A DNA stretch of 32,432 nt from a virus (lineage: Duplodnaviria > Caudoviricetes), in the IMG/VR virus record IMGVR_UViG_3300010011_000013, positions 1 to 32,432 of that record. One strand, written 5' to 3'. The notes below the pieces were generated by a model, which saw only the letters and a list, made by a program, of their open reading frames with translations, was not told the DNA's origin and made no database searches. This document shows, one piece after another, positions 1 to 9,154 of the stretch; position 1 is the stretch's first letter, and every line of letters begins with the position of its first letter. The position numbers were made by a program, and so were the translations under genes.

Positions 1-6
1 GTCTCC

Positions 7-312
7 CTAGCAGGTCTTTTCTCGCTTCGGGGAGGGGGGGGATATCCTCTCCTGCCATTGCTTTCCAAGGGCACTGAGTTCGTTGGTCCCACGCAGATGC
101 ATCCGGTTGTGACACGCCTCGCACAGACTGATGAGGTTCCACGACTCAAGCCACCAGTCAGGGTAGTCCTCCGCGGGGTAGATATGGTGTACCGTGTTGG
201 CCTGTATGCTCTTGCCGTACCGCCTGCACTCCCGGCAGAGGTATTCGTCACGCCTGAGCACGGCGGCTCTCTTGCGTTCCCATCTGGGATCGTTGTACCG
301 CTTCATTTCCAT
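7..312 (-). CDS. Terminase-associated HNH endonuclease (HK97 gp74-like)
   Basis: W..KR..VL.RD.YLCREC, VHHI.P, NLISLCEACHNRMH motifs; precedes terS on the circular map; start trimmed to ATG 312 (306 also possible). Confidence 0.9.
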   Translation of the reverse strand: MEMKRYNDPRWERKRAAVLRRDEYLCRECRRYGKSIQANTVHHIYPAEDYPDWWLESWNLISLCEACHNRMHLRGTNELSALGKQWQERISPPSPKREKTC

Positions 313-321
313 CCCCAAATC

Positions 322-356
322 AAACCAGCCCCGCCCGGCTCTCGCAGGGCTGGTTT
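322..356 (-). terminator. Intrinsic terminator/attenuator-like hairpin in late leader
   Basis: AAACCAGCCC (322-331) / GGGCTGGTTT (347-356) inverted repeat with T-rich tails on both strands. Confidence 0.55.
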
Positions 357-442
357 TTAGATCAAGCACAAATCGAAGTAACGGTCGTAGATAACGACAA
401 CGCCGCCCGTTCCAGCGGGCGGCTCCACTTTCAGCCGCTAAC

Positions 443-491
443 ACGATACCATGGTTTGTTGCCCCAAAAGTCCGATTTTAGTCCGAACTTT
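443..491 (-). promoter_or_regulatory. Putative RinA-activated late promoter
   Basis: Direct repeat AGTCCGA at 469-475 and 480-486 (11 bp period) upstream of extended -10 TGgTATCGT (451-443), downstream of the rinA-like gene. Confidence 0.6.
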
Positions 492-717
492 CCTGCATAC
501 GACGGCCGATGTCTGCCAGGCTTACTGCGAACGCTTGAAGCATTCGGTTAACGGACTCCACAAACCCGCTCAAGGCGTCAGGTATGCGCTCAACCCAGAG
601 TAGCGCCTGCCGAAGAACCCTGCTGCGCCACTTAAGAACCAGTACCTGTTCCTTTCGAGTCAACAGGCGTCCCTGTTCCATCTTCCTGAAAGCCCGCTTG
701 GTATCTCGGATTTTCAT
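478..717 (-). CDS. Hypothetical protein (79 aa)
   Basis: ORF tightly coupled to upstream gene, GAGGTG RBS. Confidence 0.65.
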   Translation of the reverse strand: MKIRDTKRAFRKMEQGRLLTRKEQVLVLKWRSRVLRQALLWVERIPDALSGFVESVNRMLQAFAVSLADIGRRMQESSD

Positions 718-720
718 GTT

Positions 721-1137
721 CTACACCTCGCCCAACAAACCCATTTCTACAGCGATAGCCCGAAGAATCCTATTCCGCCACTCAAAGTATGTACTGCGAG
801 AAACGTGCAGCCGCCGGTATATGCCTAAATCGGTGAGTTCTCGCTGCCAGTACCGCATTTCAAGCAGACGCTTCTTCTCTGGTTCTAACCGTTCATAGAC
901 CCTCGTGATGGCCTCGTAATGCTCTACCAGGCGTTCCAAACGTTTGGAGGTTAAGAGCCGCATAGTACGCGACAGGGTAGGGTCGCCGACGTCTTCGGCG
1001 CCTACGACCGCCAGTCGCTCAGGAGTGGCGTTGATGATGTCAGCCCTGAGCCGCTCGATCTCCTGCTTGCGCCACGGGTAAGCGTACAGTTCGGCTTCCA
1101 CGTACCGGAGGACCTGCCGTTCATAACGAGTGGTCAC
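721..1137 (-). CDS. rinA: RinA/ArpU family late transcriptional activator
   Basis: YVEAELYAYP, GDPT, C-terminal HTH LHVSRSTYFEWRNRIL; position before HNH/terS. Confidence 0.85.
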   Translation of the reverse strand: MTTRYERQVLRYVEAELYAYPWRKQEIERLRADIINATPERLAVVGAEDVGDPTLSRTMRLLTSKRLERLVEHYEAITRVYERLEPEKKRLLEMRYWQRELTDLGIYRRLHVSRSTYFEWRNRILRAIAVEMGLLGEV

Positions 1138-2513
1138 GCCACACCCCTCCTTGCTTCTTCAATCCTGACTCTCAGGGCGTTCAGTAATCGTTCTTGCGTG
1201 TCGCACTTCGCACCCAGAGCCTCCATCACGTCCTCATCCATTCCGCCTTCAACAACAAGGTGATGGATGATGACCTTCTCTTTCTGACCTTGCCTATGCA
1301 ACCTCTTGTTGGCTTGCTGGTACAGTTCCAGCGACCAGGGAAGGCCGAACCAAATCACTTGATTACCGCCTTCCTGAAGGTTTAGGCCGAAGGCGCAGGA
1401 CGCCGGGTGTGCCAAAAGGATGTCAATCTTTCGCGCGTTCCAATCGTCCTCATCCTGCGGTCCTTTCAGAACCCGCACACGAAGGCCAGTGCCGGCAAAC
1501 GCCTTCTGCAGCCGCGACAGGTCATGCTGGAACGAGTAGAACACCAAAGCCGGCTGACCGTTCAGTCCCTCAACCAGCTCCATGAACGCCTCAATCTTGC
1601 ATCGGTGGACCTCTACCACGTTCCTAGCCTCGTCGTAGACGGCGCCGTTACAGAGTTGCAGCAGTTTCCCAGTGAGGACCGCAGCGGTTCCCGCGTCAAT
1701 AACCTCGTCGTCGACTTCCAGCAGCATCTCTCGTTCCATCCGGTCATAAGCCGCTTGCGCCTTGCTGTCCAAGGTGACTGGAACGGTTACAGACGTGATA
1801 TCGGGAAGGCCCAGATAGTCATCAGCCCTCATACTGATGCAGATGTCGCTTATCCGTTCGTGAATAGCTTCCGAGGCCCCGGGCTTCGGCCGATAACTGA
1901 AGACGTGGTCCCGGTCCCGTTGATCAGGCTCGAAGTACCTTTCCCGGTAATGAGTGATACGTTTGCCCAGTCTTTCACCTTGGTCCAAGAGGTACATCTG
2001 AGCCCACAGGTCGATAAGGCCGTTAGGCGCCGGTGTGCCGGTCAGCTCAACAATGCGTCGGATATGCGGCCGCACCCATGTCAGCGCTTTGAACCGTTTG
2101 GCCTGGTGATTCTTGAAACTGCTCGATTCATCGATGACAACCATGTCAAAAGGCCAATCATTGCGGTAGTAGTCCACCAGCCAAGGTACGTTTTCACGGT
2201 TAATCACATACACGTCTGCCGGGGTGTTAAGTGCGCGTATACGCTGTGTCGCAGTTCCCAATACGCCAATTACTCGAAGGTGTTTCAGGTGGTCCCACTT
2301 CAACGCTTCGCGACTCCAAGTTTTCTCCGCTACACGTTTCGGCGCTATGACCAAAGTACGACTGATTGCAAATCGGTTGTATCGCAGGTCATTGATGGCG
2401 GTCAAGGTGATTACAGTCTTGCCAAGTCCCATGTCCAATAGCAGCGCGACCGCCTCGTCTGAAATCAGCCGGTTAATGCAGTATCGCTGGTATGGGTGTG
2501 GCTGGAATTTCAC
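1134..2513 (-). CDS. SNF2-family phage helicase
   Basis: DMGLGKT Walker A, VVIDESS, LTGTP, GLNLQ, QANKRLHRQGQ motifs. Confidence 0.93.
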   Translation of the reverse strand: MKFQPHPYQRYCINRLISDEAVALLLDMGLGKTVITLTAINDLRYNRFAISRTLVIAPKRVAEKTWSREALKWDHLKHLRVIGVLGTATQRIRALNTPADVYVINRENVPWLVDYYRNDWPFDMVVIDESSSFKNHQAKRFKALTWVRPHIRRIVELTGTPAPNGLIDLWAQMYLLDQGERLGKRITHYRERYFEPDQRDRDHVFSYRPKPGASEAIHERISDICISMRADDYLGLPDITSVTVPVTLDSKAQAAYDRMEREMLLEVDDEVIDAGTAAVLTGKLLQLCNGAVYDEARNVVEVHRCKIEAFMELVEGLNGQPALVFYSFQHDLSRLQKAFAGTGLRVRVLKGPQDEDDWNARKIDILLAHPASCAFGLNLQEGGNQVIWFGLPWSLELYQQANKRLHRQGQKEKVIIHHLVVEGGMDEDVMEALGAKCDTQERLLNALRVRIEEARRGVA

Positions 2514-2794
2514 TTGCTGATGACCTCCCTCAGCAAGGCGTCAACCAGGTTTCGGCTATCGACATCCGCGAAGACATCGAAACCTAGGCTCCTTATGCGC
2601 CTCTGCTGCGCGGCCTGAAGTGCCGTTGACTTCTTGCCCGGCGTCTTCAACTCTACAAATGCGATCTTGCCGCCTGGTAACAGTACCAAGCGGTCAGGCA
2701 CCCCTGCGTTTCCAGGGGAGATGAATTTGTATGCTTTTCCACCCTGAGCCTTAACCTGGTCTCGTAGATAGGCTTCGATCGCTGATTCCTTCAC
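2510..2794 (-). CDS. VRR-NUC domain nuclease
   Basis: E..IE, KF.SPG.AGVPDR, FVELK PD-(D/E)XK motif. Confidence 0.9.
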   Translation of the reverse strand: MKESAIEAYLRDQVKAQGGKAYKFISPGNAGVPDRLVLLPGGKIAFVELKTPGKKSTALQAAQQRRIRSLGFDVFADVDSRNLVDALLREVISK

Positions 2795-2829
2795 GTCGGT
2801 TCACCTCTTTGGCTTGCTCCGCTCAGTGG

Positions 2830-3099
2830 TGTTGACCTTGTTGACCTTTGCACCTTTTGCTCTCTTATATACCCACGCATGGGCGCGTAGGCGTAGCGTC
2901 TATCCTCTATTCCTTCTCTTTCACATTTCTAATAAGGAAAAGGTCAACAAGGTCAACAAGGACGGTATTACACCTGTTAGCACCTAATTTCTTCTGTTGA
3001 CTAACCTGTTGACTTTGTTTGTTTTCTAGGTCAACCAAGTCAACAAATCTGTTTTCAAGTTGGTCAACAAAACGGAGTCGGTCAACAGGGAAAGTCAAC
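2830..3099. repeat. Iteron array, putative replication origin
   Basis: 11 copies of GTCAAC/GTTGAC in about 270 bp, a perfect 20 bp inverted repeat (2830-2849 / 2939-2958) and AT-rich spacers, directly downstream of the primase-helicase gene. Confidence 0.8.
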
Positions 3100-5497
3100 A
3101 TCTTCGATAGCCTTTCTGTTGCCCGTATGGCCCAAACCGGCCCCTATATCTCGTCCAACCATCAAGGCAATCCAGGATGCTGTTGATCTCTACAGAGTCC
3201 GCGCGTCGCATAAACTTCGGGTCTCCCTGAAAACATTCGCACCAGATTTCAATAGCGCATATCCGGTCCCGCTCGGCGGTCTCTGTTTCAACCCCTCGCC
3301 CGAACTCGCCGCTCCAGTACATCCGCCGCTCAGCCAAAGACCGTTTCTCCCAGTTCAGCGGTACCCGCCGCTCCACGAACTCGCGGATGATCCCCTCTTT
3401 GGCGTTGCTCTCTTCGTGTGACTTCTGTTCCTGCCGCGCAAGGCGCTCCGCCTCACCTGTCAAGTACAGCCGTTCACCCATTTGCCAGCGGAAGAACGCC
3501 TCTGCCCAAATCTGGTCCACCTCGTTCTCCAAGTCGGTGAAGACGTTCTTGGTTGGAGCCTGGACGTACACGTCTACTGGCCAGAAACGGCGGTTGCCGG
3601 TCCGGTCTCGGAGGAACTCCGAGTCGTTGGTGGTCCCAAAGAATACACAGCGGCGCGGGTACAAGTTCGTCCTTCGGCCGTAGGACTCCCGGTAGATGTC
3701 CTCTGACCTGCTGAGGAACTGTTTCACCGCGCTTGTCTCGGCTCGAGTAAGGCCGTTCAGCTCGCCGATTTCGTTAATCCATGTGCCCTGAATCATCTCG
3801 GCGGCTTCCTTGCCCTCGAAGACCGCGAGGCTGTCCGAATACCACTTACGACCGAGAAGCCGGAGCATGGTGCTTTTTCCAATACCCTGGGGCCCTGAGA
3901 TAATGGGCATGTAGTCGTACTTGGTTCCGGGCGCCATCGCTCTGGCCACAGCGGCTGTGAGGCTCTTCCGGGCTACCGCACGGGTGTAGACGTTGTCTTC
4001 GGCGCCCAAGTAATCGATAAAGAGAGTATCCAGCCGGGGCTTGCCGTCCCACTCAAGTCCTTTAAGATAATCCTGGACATCGTTGATAGTGTGCTTATGC
4101 GCTGCCAGAGCCGCGGCGTCGTATACCCGCTCCTTACCCGTGATGCCGTAAGTATGTTCCAGGTAATGCCGGAGTCCGGCGTCATCGACGTCAGTCCACT
4201 GCCGGCGCCCCGTGCGGGGGTCCCACGGGAGAGCACCGAGGGCTAAACCCCGGTTCGCGAACTCGTCAAAGGCTAATTTGTCCTTGAGAAGGGGATCGTT
4301 TTCGAGAATGATCAGGATGTTGTCTACTGTCTTCTCCGGTTTTCCCGTGAGCGACGAGAGTTTCAACTTGGCTATCCAATTGGCGTCTTCACCAGTACTT
4401 ACCGATGCCCGAAAATCTGCTGTAGCCTGCTCATACCGTTCCTGATTCAAGAGTGTCGCAACAGCAGTATCGGCTACCGCGAGCTCGCACATGGCCGTAT
4501 ACGAGGGCAGTCTGTTAGTCGGCGTTTCCGGCTTCATGTCATCGTCGCGGTCACCGAACTTGTGTAGCCGAACTAGGTCGAAGGCGTTGACCAGACGCCC
4601 GCCGCACGGGTCTGTGGCGTGATGAGAGTACAAGAAGGCCCCATTGTCGTAGACAATCGCCCCACCTGTGGTGCTGCCTCCCGTGTATGTGAAGCGTCCC
4701 GGGTTATCGACGCAGGGCTCATAGACGCCCGGGAGGAACGTTTCCATGGCCTTGTAGACATCGTAGACGCGGCAGAAGGCCCCTACTATCCCGGGCTTGG
4801 CTGTCGGGTCACCTTGCTTGTCTGCGAGGCGCTTGTGTTCCTTTTGAGCGCCCGGGACCTGCGGCCACTCGTTTACATCTCTCCAGTCCTTGTATAGGGC
4901 CAGGAGCCCGTCCACGTCCAAGATGGGCTTATCGCCGTATTGGTAGACGAATAGGCTGTCAGCGCAGCAGGACGGCCAATACATAAGACGTGAGGCCTCG
5001 AATGTGGACGGGTCGCACAGTTCAATGCCTATGATGCTTGCAAGTTTTCGCGCCAGGGGTTCATACTCGTCTGCTGTGGCCGTGCGGTTGAGAAGAACCA
5101 GGACCCGTAAGCGGGGTTTGGCCTCTTCGTGCTTGCGGGTGCTGTAGACTACGTAGGCGCACCCGAGGGACTCGATACGCCGTAAGGTGTCCTGGGTGCC
5201 GCCGGGAGGGATATTATCGAGGTCCAGGGTCAATACGTCGCGCCCGAGGACACAGTTGGCTTTGCGGCGGCCGTCCTTGAGGATGCCGCCCACGAAGCCT
5301 CCCACGTCTTTGAGGTCATCCTGCTTGGATTTCGGCAAACGGAGGTACTCCGCTAGGCTCTCGGTGCCCCTGGCAGGGGTCCTGACCTTCTCAACAAGCT
5401 CCGACCACCAGAGCGTTTGTGGGGGCCACCGGGTAGCCCTGCGGCTCCCGGCGGCTGATATGGTGATTTGTCTGTCGTATGTAAACACAAGTGTCAC
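3095..5497 (-). CDS. VirE/VapE-type primase-helicase (virulence-associated E family)
   Basis: N-terminal LDLD and YSTRKH primase-like motifs; GPQGIGKST Walker A, WINEIGEL, GTTN..FL.D.TGNRRFWP. Confidence 0.9.
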   Translation of the reverse strand: MTLVFTYDRQITISAAGSRRATRWPPQTLWWSELVEKVRTPARGTESLAEYLRLPKSKQDDLKDVGGFVGGILKDGRRKANCVLGRDVLTLDLDNIPPGGTQDTLRRIESLGCAYVVYSTRKHEEAKPRLRVLVLLNRTATADEYEPLARKLASIIGIELCDPSTFEASRLMYWPSCCADSLFVYQYGDKPILDVDGLLALYKDWRDVNEWPQVPGAQKEHKRLADKQGDPTAKPGIVGAFCRVYDVYKAMETFLPGVYEPCVDNPGRFTYTGGSTTGGAIVYDNGAFLYSHHATDPCGGRLVNAFDLVRLHKFGDRDDDMKPETPTNRLPSYTAMCELAVADTAVATLLNQERYEQATADFRASVSTGEDANWIAKLKLSSLTGKPEKTVDNILIILENDPLLKDKLAFDEFANRGLALGALPWDPRTGRRQWTDVDDAGLRHYLEHTYGITGKERVYDAAALAAHKHTINDVQDYLKGLEWDGKPRLDTLFIDYLGAEDNVYTRAVARKSLTAAVARAMAPGTKYDYMPIISGPQGIGKSTMLRLLGRKWYSDSLAVFEGKEAAEMIQGTWINEIGELNGLTRAETSAVKQFLSRSEDIYRESYGRRTNLYPRRCVFFGTTNDSEFLRDRTGNRRFWPVDVYVQAPTKNVFTDLENEVDQIWAEAFFRWQMGERLYLTGEAERLARQEQKSHEESNAKEGIIREFVERRVPLNWEKRSLAERRMYWSGEFGRGVETETAERDRICAIEIWCECFQGDPKFMRRADSVEINSILDCLDGWTRYRGRFGPYGQQKGYRRC

Positions 5498-5537
5498 TCC
5501 AGTCCGGCGTGCCCCCGCCCAAAGGTGTTATTTCGCT

Positions 5538-5639
5538 TTATACGGGCTGGATAGGTCGACTAACGAGCGCCTCGCCCTTGGTCATGGTGGGTTCTTCGAT
5601 GGCCTCGGTATTGGTAACAGGGATCTCGTTGATGTTCAC
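5538..5639 (-). CDS. Small hypothetical peptide (33 aa)
   Basis: GTG start downstream of AAGGAG; MNINEIPVTNTEAIEEPTMTKGEALVSRPIQPV; not in ORF track. Confidence 0.4.
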   Translation of the reverse strand: MNINEIPVTNTEAIEEPTMTKGEALVSRPIQPV

Positions 5640-5644
5640 TTGAG

Positions 5645-6343
5645 TCACTCCTTTGAATGAGGTTCACGGTACGCAAGAGATGAACGGCGGTTAAGCATCT
5701 GTTGCTTTAGGCTGATCCATCGGCAGTTGTGAGGTGCGTAAGGTCCGTCTACGTCAATTCGGTCTATGGTGAGCCCTTCTGCATAACCCGCAGAGTAGGC
5801 CCATTTCCGAAAAGACAGGTAATCATTCCATTCCTCGCAAACTGTTATTCCACGCCCGCCGTAGAACGGGTAATCCTTGCATTTCGGGTTTGTGCAGCGT
5901 TGCTTCATGGTGGCCCATACATTGCGAAGTCTCTCGCCGTAATAACCGTGTCGGGTTGCGTTCTTAGCTGCAGTCTCTCGTTGAAGGCATCCGCAGCTTC
6001 TAGTTGTTCCGGAGGTAAGCTTGTAGGAGAGTACGGATTTGACATTACCGCAGTCGCATTTACAGATCCACGCGACTCTATCGGTCCGGCCTTTATCCCG
6101 TTCCAATACAGTCAATCGTCCGAAACGCTGTCCTGTTAGGTCTACGGCTTTGTTGGACGTGCGGTAGTTACACCCGCAACTGGTTGTATTCCCTCGGGTC
6201 AACTCCTGCGAGCCTACGACCTTTTCGTGTCCACAGTCGCACTTACAGAGCCATCGGGTTCTGCCCCATTTGTCGTTTTCTGCTCTGCCAATAACGGTCA
6301 ATTTACCGTATCTCTGTCCAGTCAAGTCGCGCACGTTTGGCAT
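5645..6343 (-). CDS. Free-standing HNH-type homing endonuclease with two Cys-rich repeats
   Basis: Two DLTGQR.G.LTV...W.CKCDCG...SCGC repeats plus YGGRGITVC.EW and TIDRID..G.Y...NCRW. Confidence 0.85.
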   Translation of the reverse strand: MPNVRDLTGQRYGKLTVIGRAENDKWGRTRWLCKCDCGHEKVVGSQELTRGNTTSCGCNYRTSNKAVDLTGQRFGRLTVLERDKGRTDRVAWICKCDCGNVKSVLSYKLTSGTTRSCGCLQRETAAKNATRHGYYGERLRNVWATMKQRCTNPKCKDYPFYGGRGITVCEEWNDYLSFRKWAYSAGYAEGLTIDRIDVDGPYAPHNCRWISLKQQMLNRRSSLAYREPHSKE

Positions 6344-6360
6344 TGGTATCGCCTGCCGTT

Positions 6361-8340
6361 TCAGTTTTTCTGGTAGTACTGACTGGCAAAACCTTCAGCT
6401 TTGAGAATGAGCCCCGGCGCCCAGGGAATGGGTTGTCCCATTGCGGAGGTGATTGCGGCAAGGTGAGCCTCAACCTCATCGGGTGTCGTGGCCTCGACCT
6501 CAAGAACGATCTCATCGTGGACATGGAAAACAATCTGATACCCTGCATGTGCTAGCCGTACGAGGCTTTCCGCTAGACAGTCTCGGGCTATCGCTTGTAC
6601 AACGTTCTCAGTGAGCTTCCCGCCATAAGTGGGGATGATTTCCCACTGTCGGGTTTTCTGGTTGACTCCTTGGTAATGCAGAGAGGCCCGATTCTTTTCG
6701 TTAACCTCTACAAAAGGCCTGGCGTAGAAGAGCTTACGGCCGGAGGGAAGTTGGATGGTGAGGAAGTCCTGCCCGTTCTCGTAGTCGCCTTCTCGGGCGA
6801 GGATGAGCCCTCGGACGCCTACGGGTACCCCAGTATTCATGACTTCAAGTGCGGCGTTCTCAAGGCTGTACCAGAAGTCCACGATACGCCTGTTGGCATT
6901 CCGCCAGCGGTGGACGATCTCAGGCAGCTCTTCCTCGGTCAGTCCCATGTCGAGAGCGCCCATGTTGATGAGCGCGCCGGGACCGCCTTGATAACCGAGA
7001 GCCAGTTCAGCGATCTTGCCTTTTTGTCGGAGCGGCGACTGTTTTGTAATCTCCTCAATAGGTACTCCGAACATGGCTGAAGCAGAGGCCTCATATATCT
7101 TGCCATGCGTAGCAAACACTTCTTGTCGCCACTGTTCACCGGCAAGCCACGCAATGATACGGGCCTCAATGGCGCTGAAGTCCGCAGCGATAAGCACCTT
7201 GCCGGGTTCAGCGACGAAAGCTGTCCGGACGAGTTGTGAGAGAACGTCAGGCACGTTTCCGTAGATGATCCGGAGGGCGTTAAGTTTCCGGCGTTTCACG
7301 CACTCTCTGGCATGGTCCAGACTCTCTAGGTAGTTGCGGGGGAGATTCTGCACCTGAACTAAACGCCCTGCCCAGCGCCCGGTTCGATTTGCGCCATAAA
7401 ACTGCAACAAGCCGCGAACCCTACCGTCGTCGCATACGGCGTCCTGGATGGCCAGGTACTTCTTGATACTGGCTTTGGCTAGCTCTTGGCGTATCTCAAG
7501 CATCCTCCGGGCCTTGTCGCTTTCTACAGTGTCCAGGAGCGATGAGACCGTGGACTTGCGAAGATCGGGCACGTCCTCTTCAAGTTCCTCTTCCAGCCAC
7601 GCCGTCAGTTGCTTTACCGACTTGGGGTTGTCGAGGCCCGAGAGGGCTATGGCCTCCTGCATCAGTTCGCCGGTGACCGTTTCATCGATATGCAGGGCCG
7701 CAGACACCAGGTCCATGTCCACGGCTACACCAGTGGCGTTGATGACCTGGTCCAGTTCCCACAGCTTCTGCTCGGCCTCGGGAACGGGGAACGACGACAG
7801 GCGCCGCTCAATCTCCATCTCGGTTACGACATCCTGTTTGCAGTACTCTTTGAACAGCTGCCACTTCTCGGGCTCGTGGCGGGGGAGGGTCCTGGTCCTC
7901 ATGCCGTTGGCTTTGCTGGGCTTGCATGGCACGCAGAACGTCCGGATGAGGGACGCGCCTACACTCATTTTGCGCTTGTCATCGGGCAAGCCTAGCGCGA
8001 CGGCTGTCGCTGCCAGACCGGCGGTATATCCGCAATAGAGACCGTGGAGCATCGTGCAGCGCCACTGTTCCAGGGGAGACCGGTAGAACTTGTTCAGGCA
8101 GTACCATTCGAAAGCAGCGTTATAAGCATGTTTGATGACGGAGGGGTCCTGCAAGGCACTGATGACCTCCGCCGGCAGCTTCTCGCCCTGGGCTAGGTCC
8201 ACAACCTGTACGGGTCCTCCGTCTATGGAGTAACCGAATAGCAGTATCTCGAAATCGGGGGACTGGACGTACTTGTACATCCCGGCCCGTTTGATGTCTA
8301 CGCTGGAGAACGTTTCTATGTCTATGTTGAGGGTTCGCAT
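6361..8340 (-). CDS. DNA polymerase family A with 3'-5' exonuclease domain
   Basis: DIET exo I, HAYNAAFE, TGRWAG, ADFSAIEAR motif A, RQKGKIAELALGY motif B, HVHDE motif C. Confidence 0.95.
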   Translation of the reverse strand: MRTLNIDIETFSSVDIKRAGMYKYVQSPDFEILLFGYSIDGGPVQVVDLAQGEKLPAEVISALQDPSVIKHAYNAAFEWYCLNKFYRSPLEQWRCTMLHGLYCGYTAGLAATAVALGLPDDKRKMSVGASLIRTFCVPCKPSKANGMRTRTLPRHEPEKWQLFKEYCKQDVVTEMEIERRLSSFPVPEAEQKLWELDQVINATGVAVDMDLVSAALHIDETVTGELMQEAIALSGLDNPKSVKQLTAWLEEELEEDVPDLRKSTVSSLLDTVESDKARRMLEIRQELAKASIKKYLAIQDAVCDDGRVRGLLQFYGANRTGRWAGRLVQVQNLPRNYLESLDHARECVKRRKLNALRIIYGNVPDVLSQLVRTAFVAEPGKVLIAADFSAIEARIIAWLAGEQWRQEVFATHGKIYEASASAMFGVPIEEITKQSPLRQKGKIAELALGYQGGPGALINMGALDMGLTEEELPEIVHRWRNANRRIVDFWYSLENAALEVMNTGVPVGVRGLILAREGDYENGQDFLTIQLPSGRKLFYARPFVEVNEKNRASLHYQGVNQKTRQWEIIPTYGGKLTENVVQAIARDCLAESLVRLAHAGYQIVFHVHDEIVLEVEATTPDEVEAHLAAITSAMGQPIPWAPGLILKAEGFASQYYQKN

Positions 8341-8410
8341 GGTGCATTCTCCTGACGCTGATTTCCGCGTGTTTTACCGGATGCGCGGCCCCCGGGTACG
8401 TAGTCAGGCG

Positions 8411-9136
8411 CTATGAGATGCCCATGACCCCGCCATTGACGGGTTTGCCAGTGATCGGGTCAATTTGTACGGGCGGCGCCACAGGCGGCTGTGGCTGTTG
8501 GCCGTAAGCCGGCTGATACGGCTGCTGGTAAGCTGGTTGCCCATACGCCTGCTGAGGCTGTCCGTAGCCCTGTTGGGGCTGCTGGACCCACTGTGGAGGC
8601 TGGCCAAAGTCATCTTCCGGAGTTGTCCGGTTGCCGAGCGGCTCACCGTCACGCGTTTTCTGGACGTTGCCCAGGCCGCACCCGACGCCCTTCTTCCCGC
8701 TATTTGCGTAGGGGAAGAAGTCCACGCTCACCCGGCCGTAGCATCCGCTATAAACCTCAGTCTGATTGATGATGGGGTTGAGCTGAGCATCAACAATCTG
8801 CGGCGGGTTCTTTGACGAAGCCGTGAAGACCCAGTGACCCTTGCACTCGGGGCCGAAGGGCATTCCATCAGAAGGTCTCACGCCGTCTCCGTCATAGACC
8901 GGGATCCCGAGGACTGGCGGCCTGACGCCGTTCCACGTCTTCTTGATCCCGAGTTCGATGGCGGCGTTGATCGCGGCGTCAATCCGCTGTTTTGTTGCGA
9001 CATCTGACTTTGGAACAAGAATCGTGACGGAATACTTAGCCTCTGTCTGCCCTGGTCTTGCGTAGGGTGCGAACAGATGCACAAACGAAAGCCTTGCTTC
9101 TCCTGTGACTACATGCTGGGGATTCTCTCTTGCCAT
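8411..9136 (-). CDS. DUF2815 ssDNA-binding protein (T7 gp2.5-like)
   Basis: RLSFVHLF, KYSVT.L.PK.D, YSGCYGR, G..CGLGNVQK..DGEPLG; Q/P/Y-rich tail. Confidence 0.88.
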   Translation of the reverse strand: MARENPQHVVTGEARLSFVHLFAPYARPGQTEAKYSVTILVPKSDVATKQRIDAAINAAIELGIKKTWNGVRPPVLGIPVYDGDGVRPSDGMPFGPECKGHWVFTASSKNPPQIVDAQLNPIINQTEVYSGCYGRVSVDFFPYANSGKKGVGCGLGNVQKTRDGEPLGNRTTPEDDFGQPPQWVQQPQQGYGQPQQAYGQPAYQQPYQPAYGQQPQPPVAPPVQIDPITGKPVNGGVMGIS

Positions 9137-9154
9137 CTCTCCAATTTCTCCTTT

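Noticed and set aside
1407-2441. Long plus-strand ORFs opposite core genes (also 27063-28019, 30511-31536, 24425-25210)
   Set aside because: Antisense shadows of GC-rich coding sequence, with no motifs or RBS
2830-3099. Repeats as a CRISPR mini-array, or the 64 aa ORF 2907-3101 as a gene
   Set aside because: Units are 6-9 bp in both orientations without unique spacers; the ORF is just the translated iterons (LVDLVD)
6340-6365. Group I intron interrupting polA around the HNH gene
   Set aside because: PolA ends with a normal C-terminus (YYQKN) after motif C; no downstream exon evident
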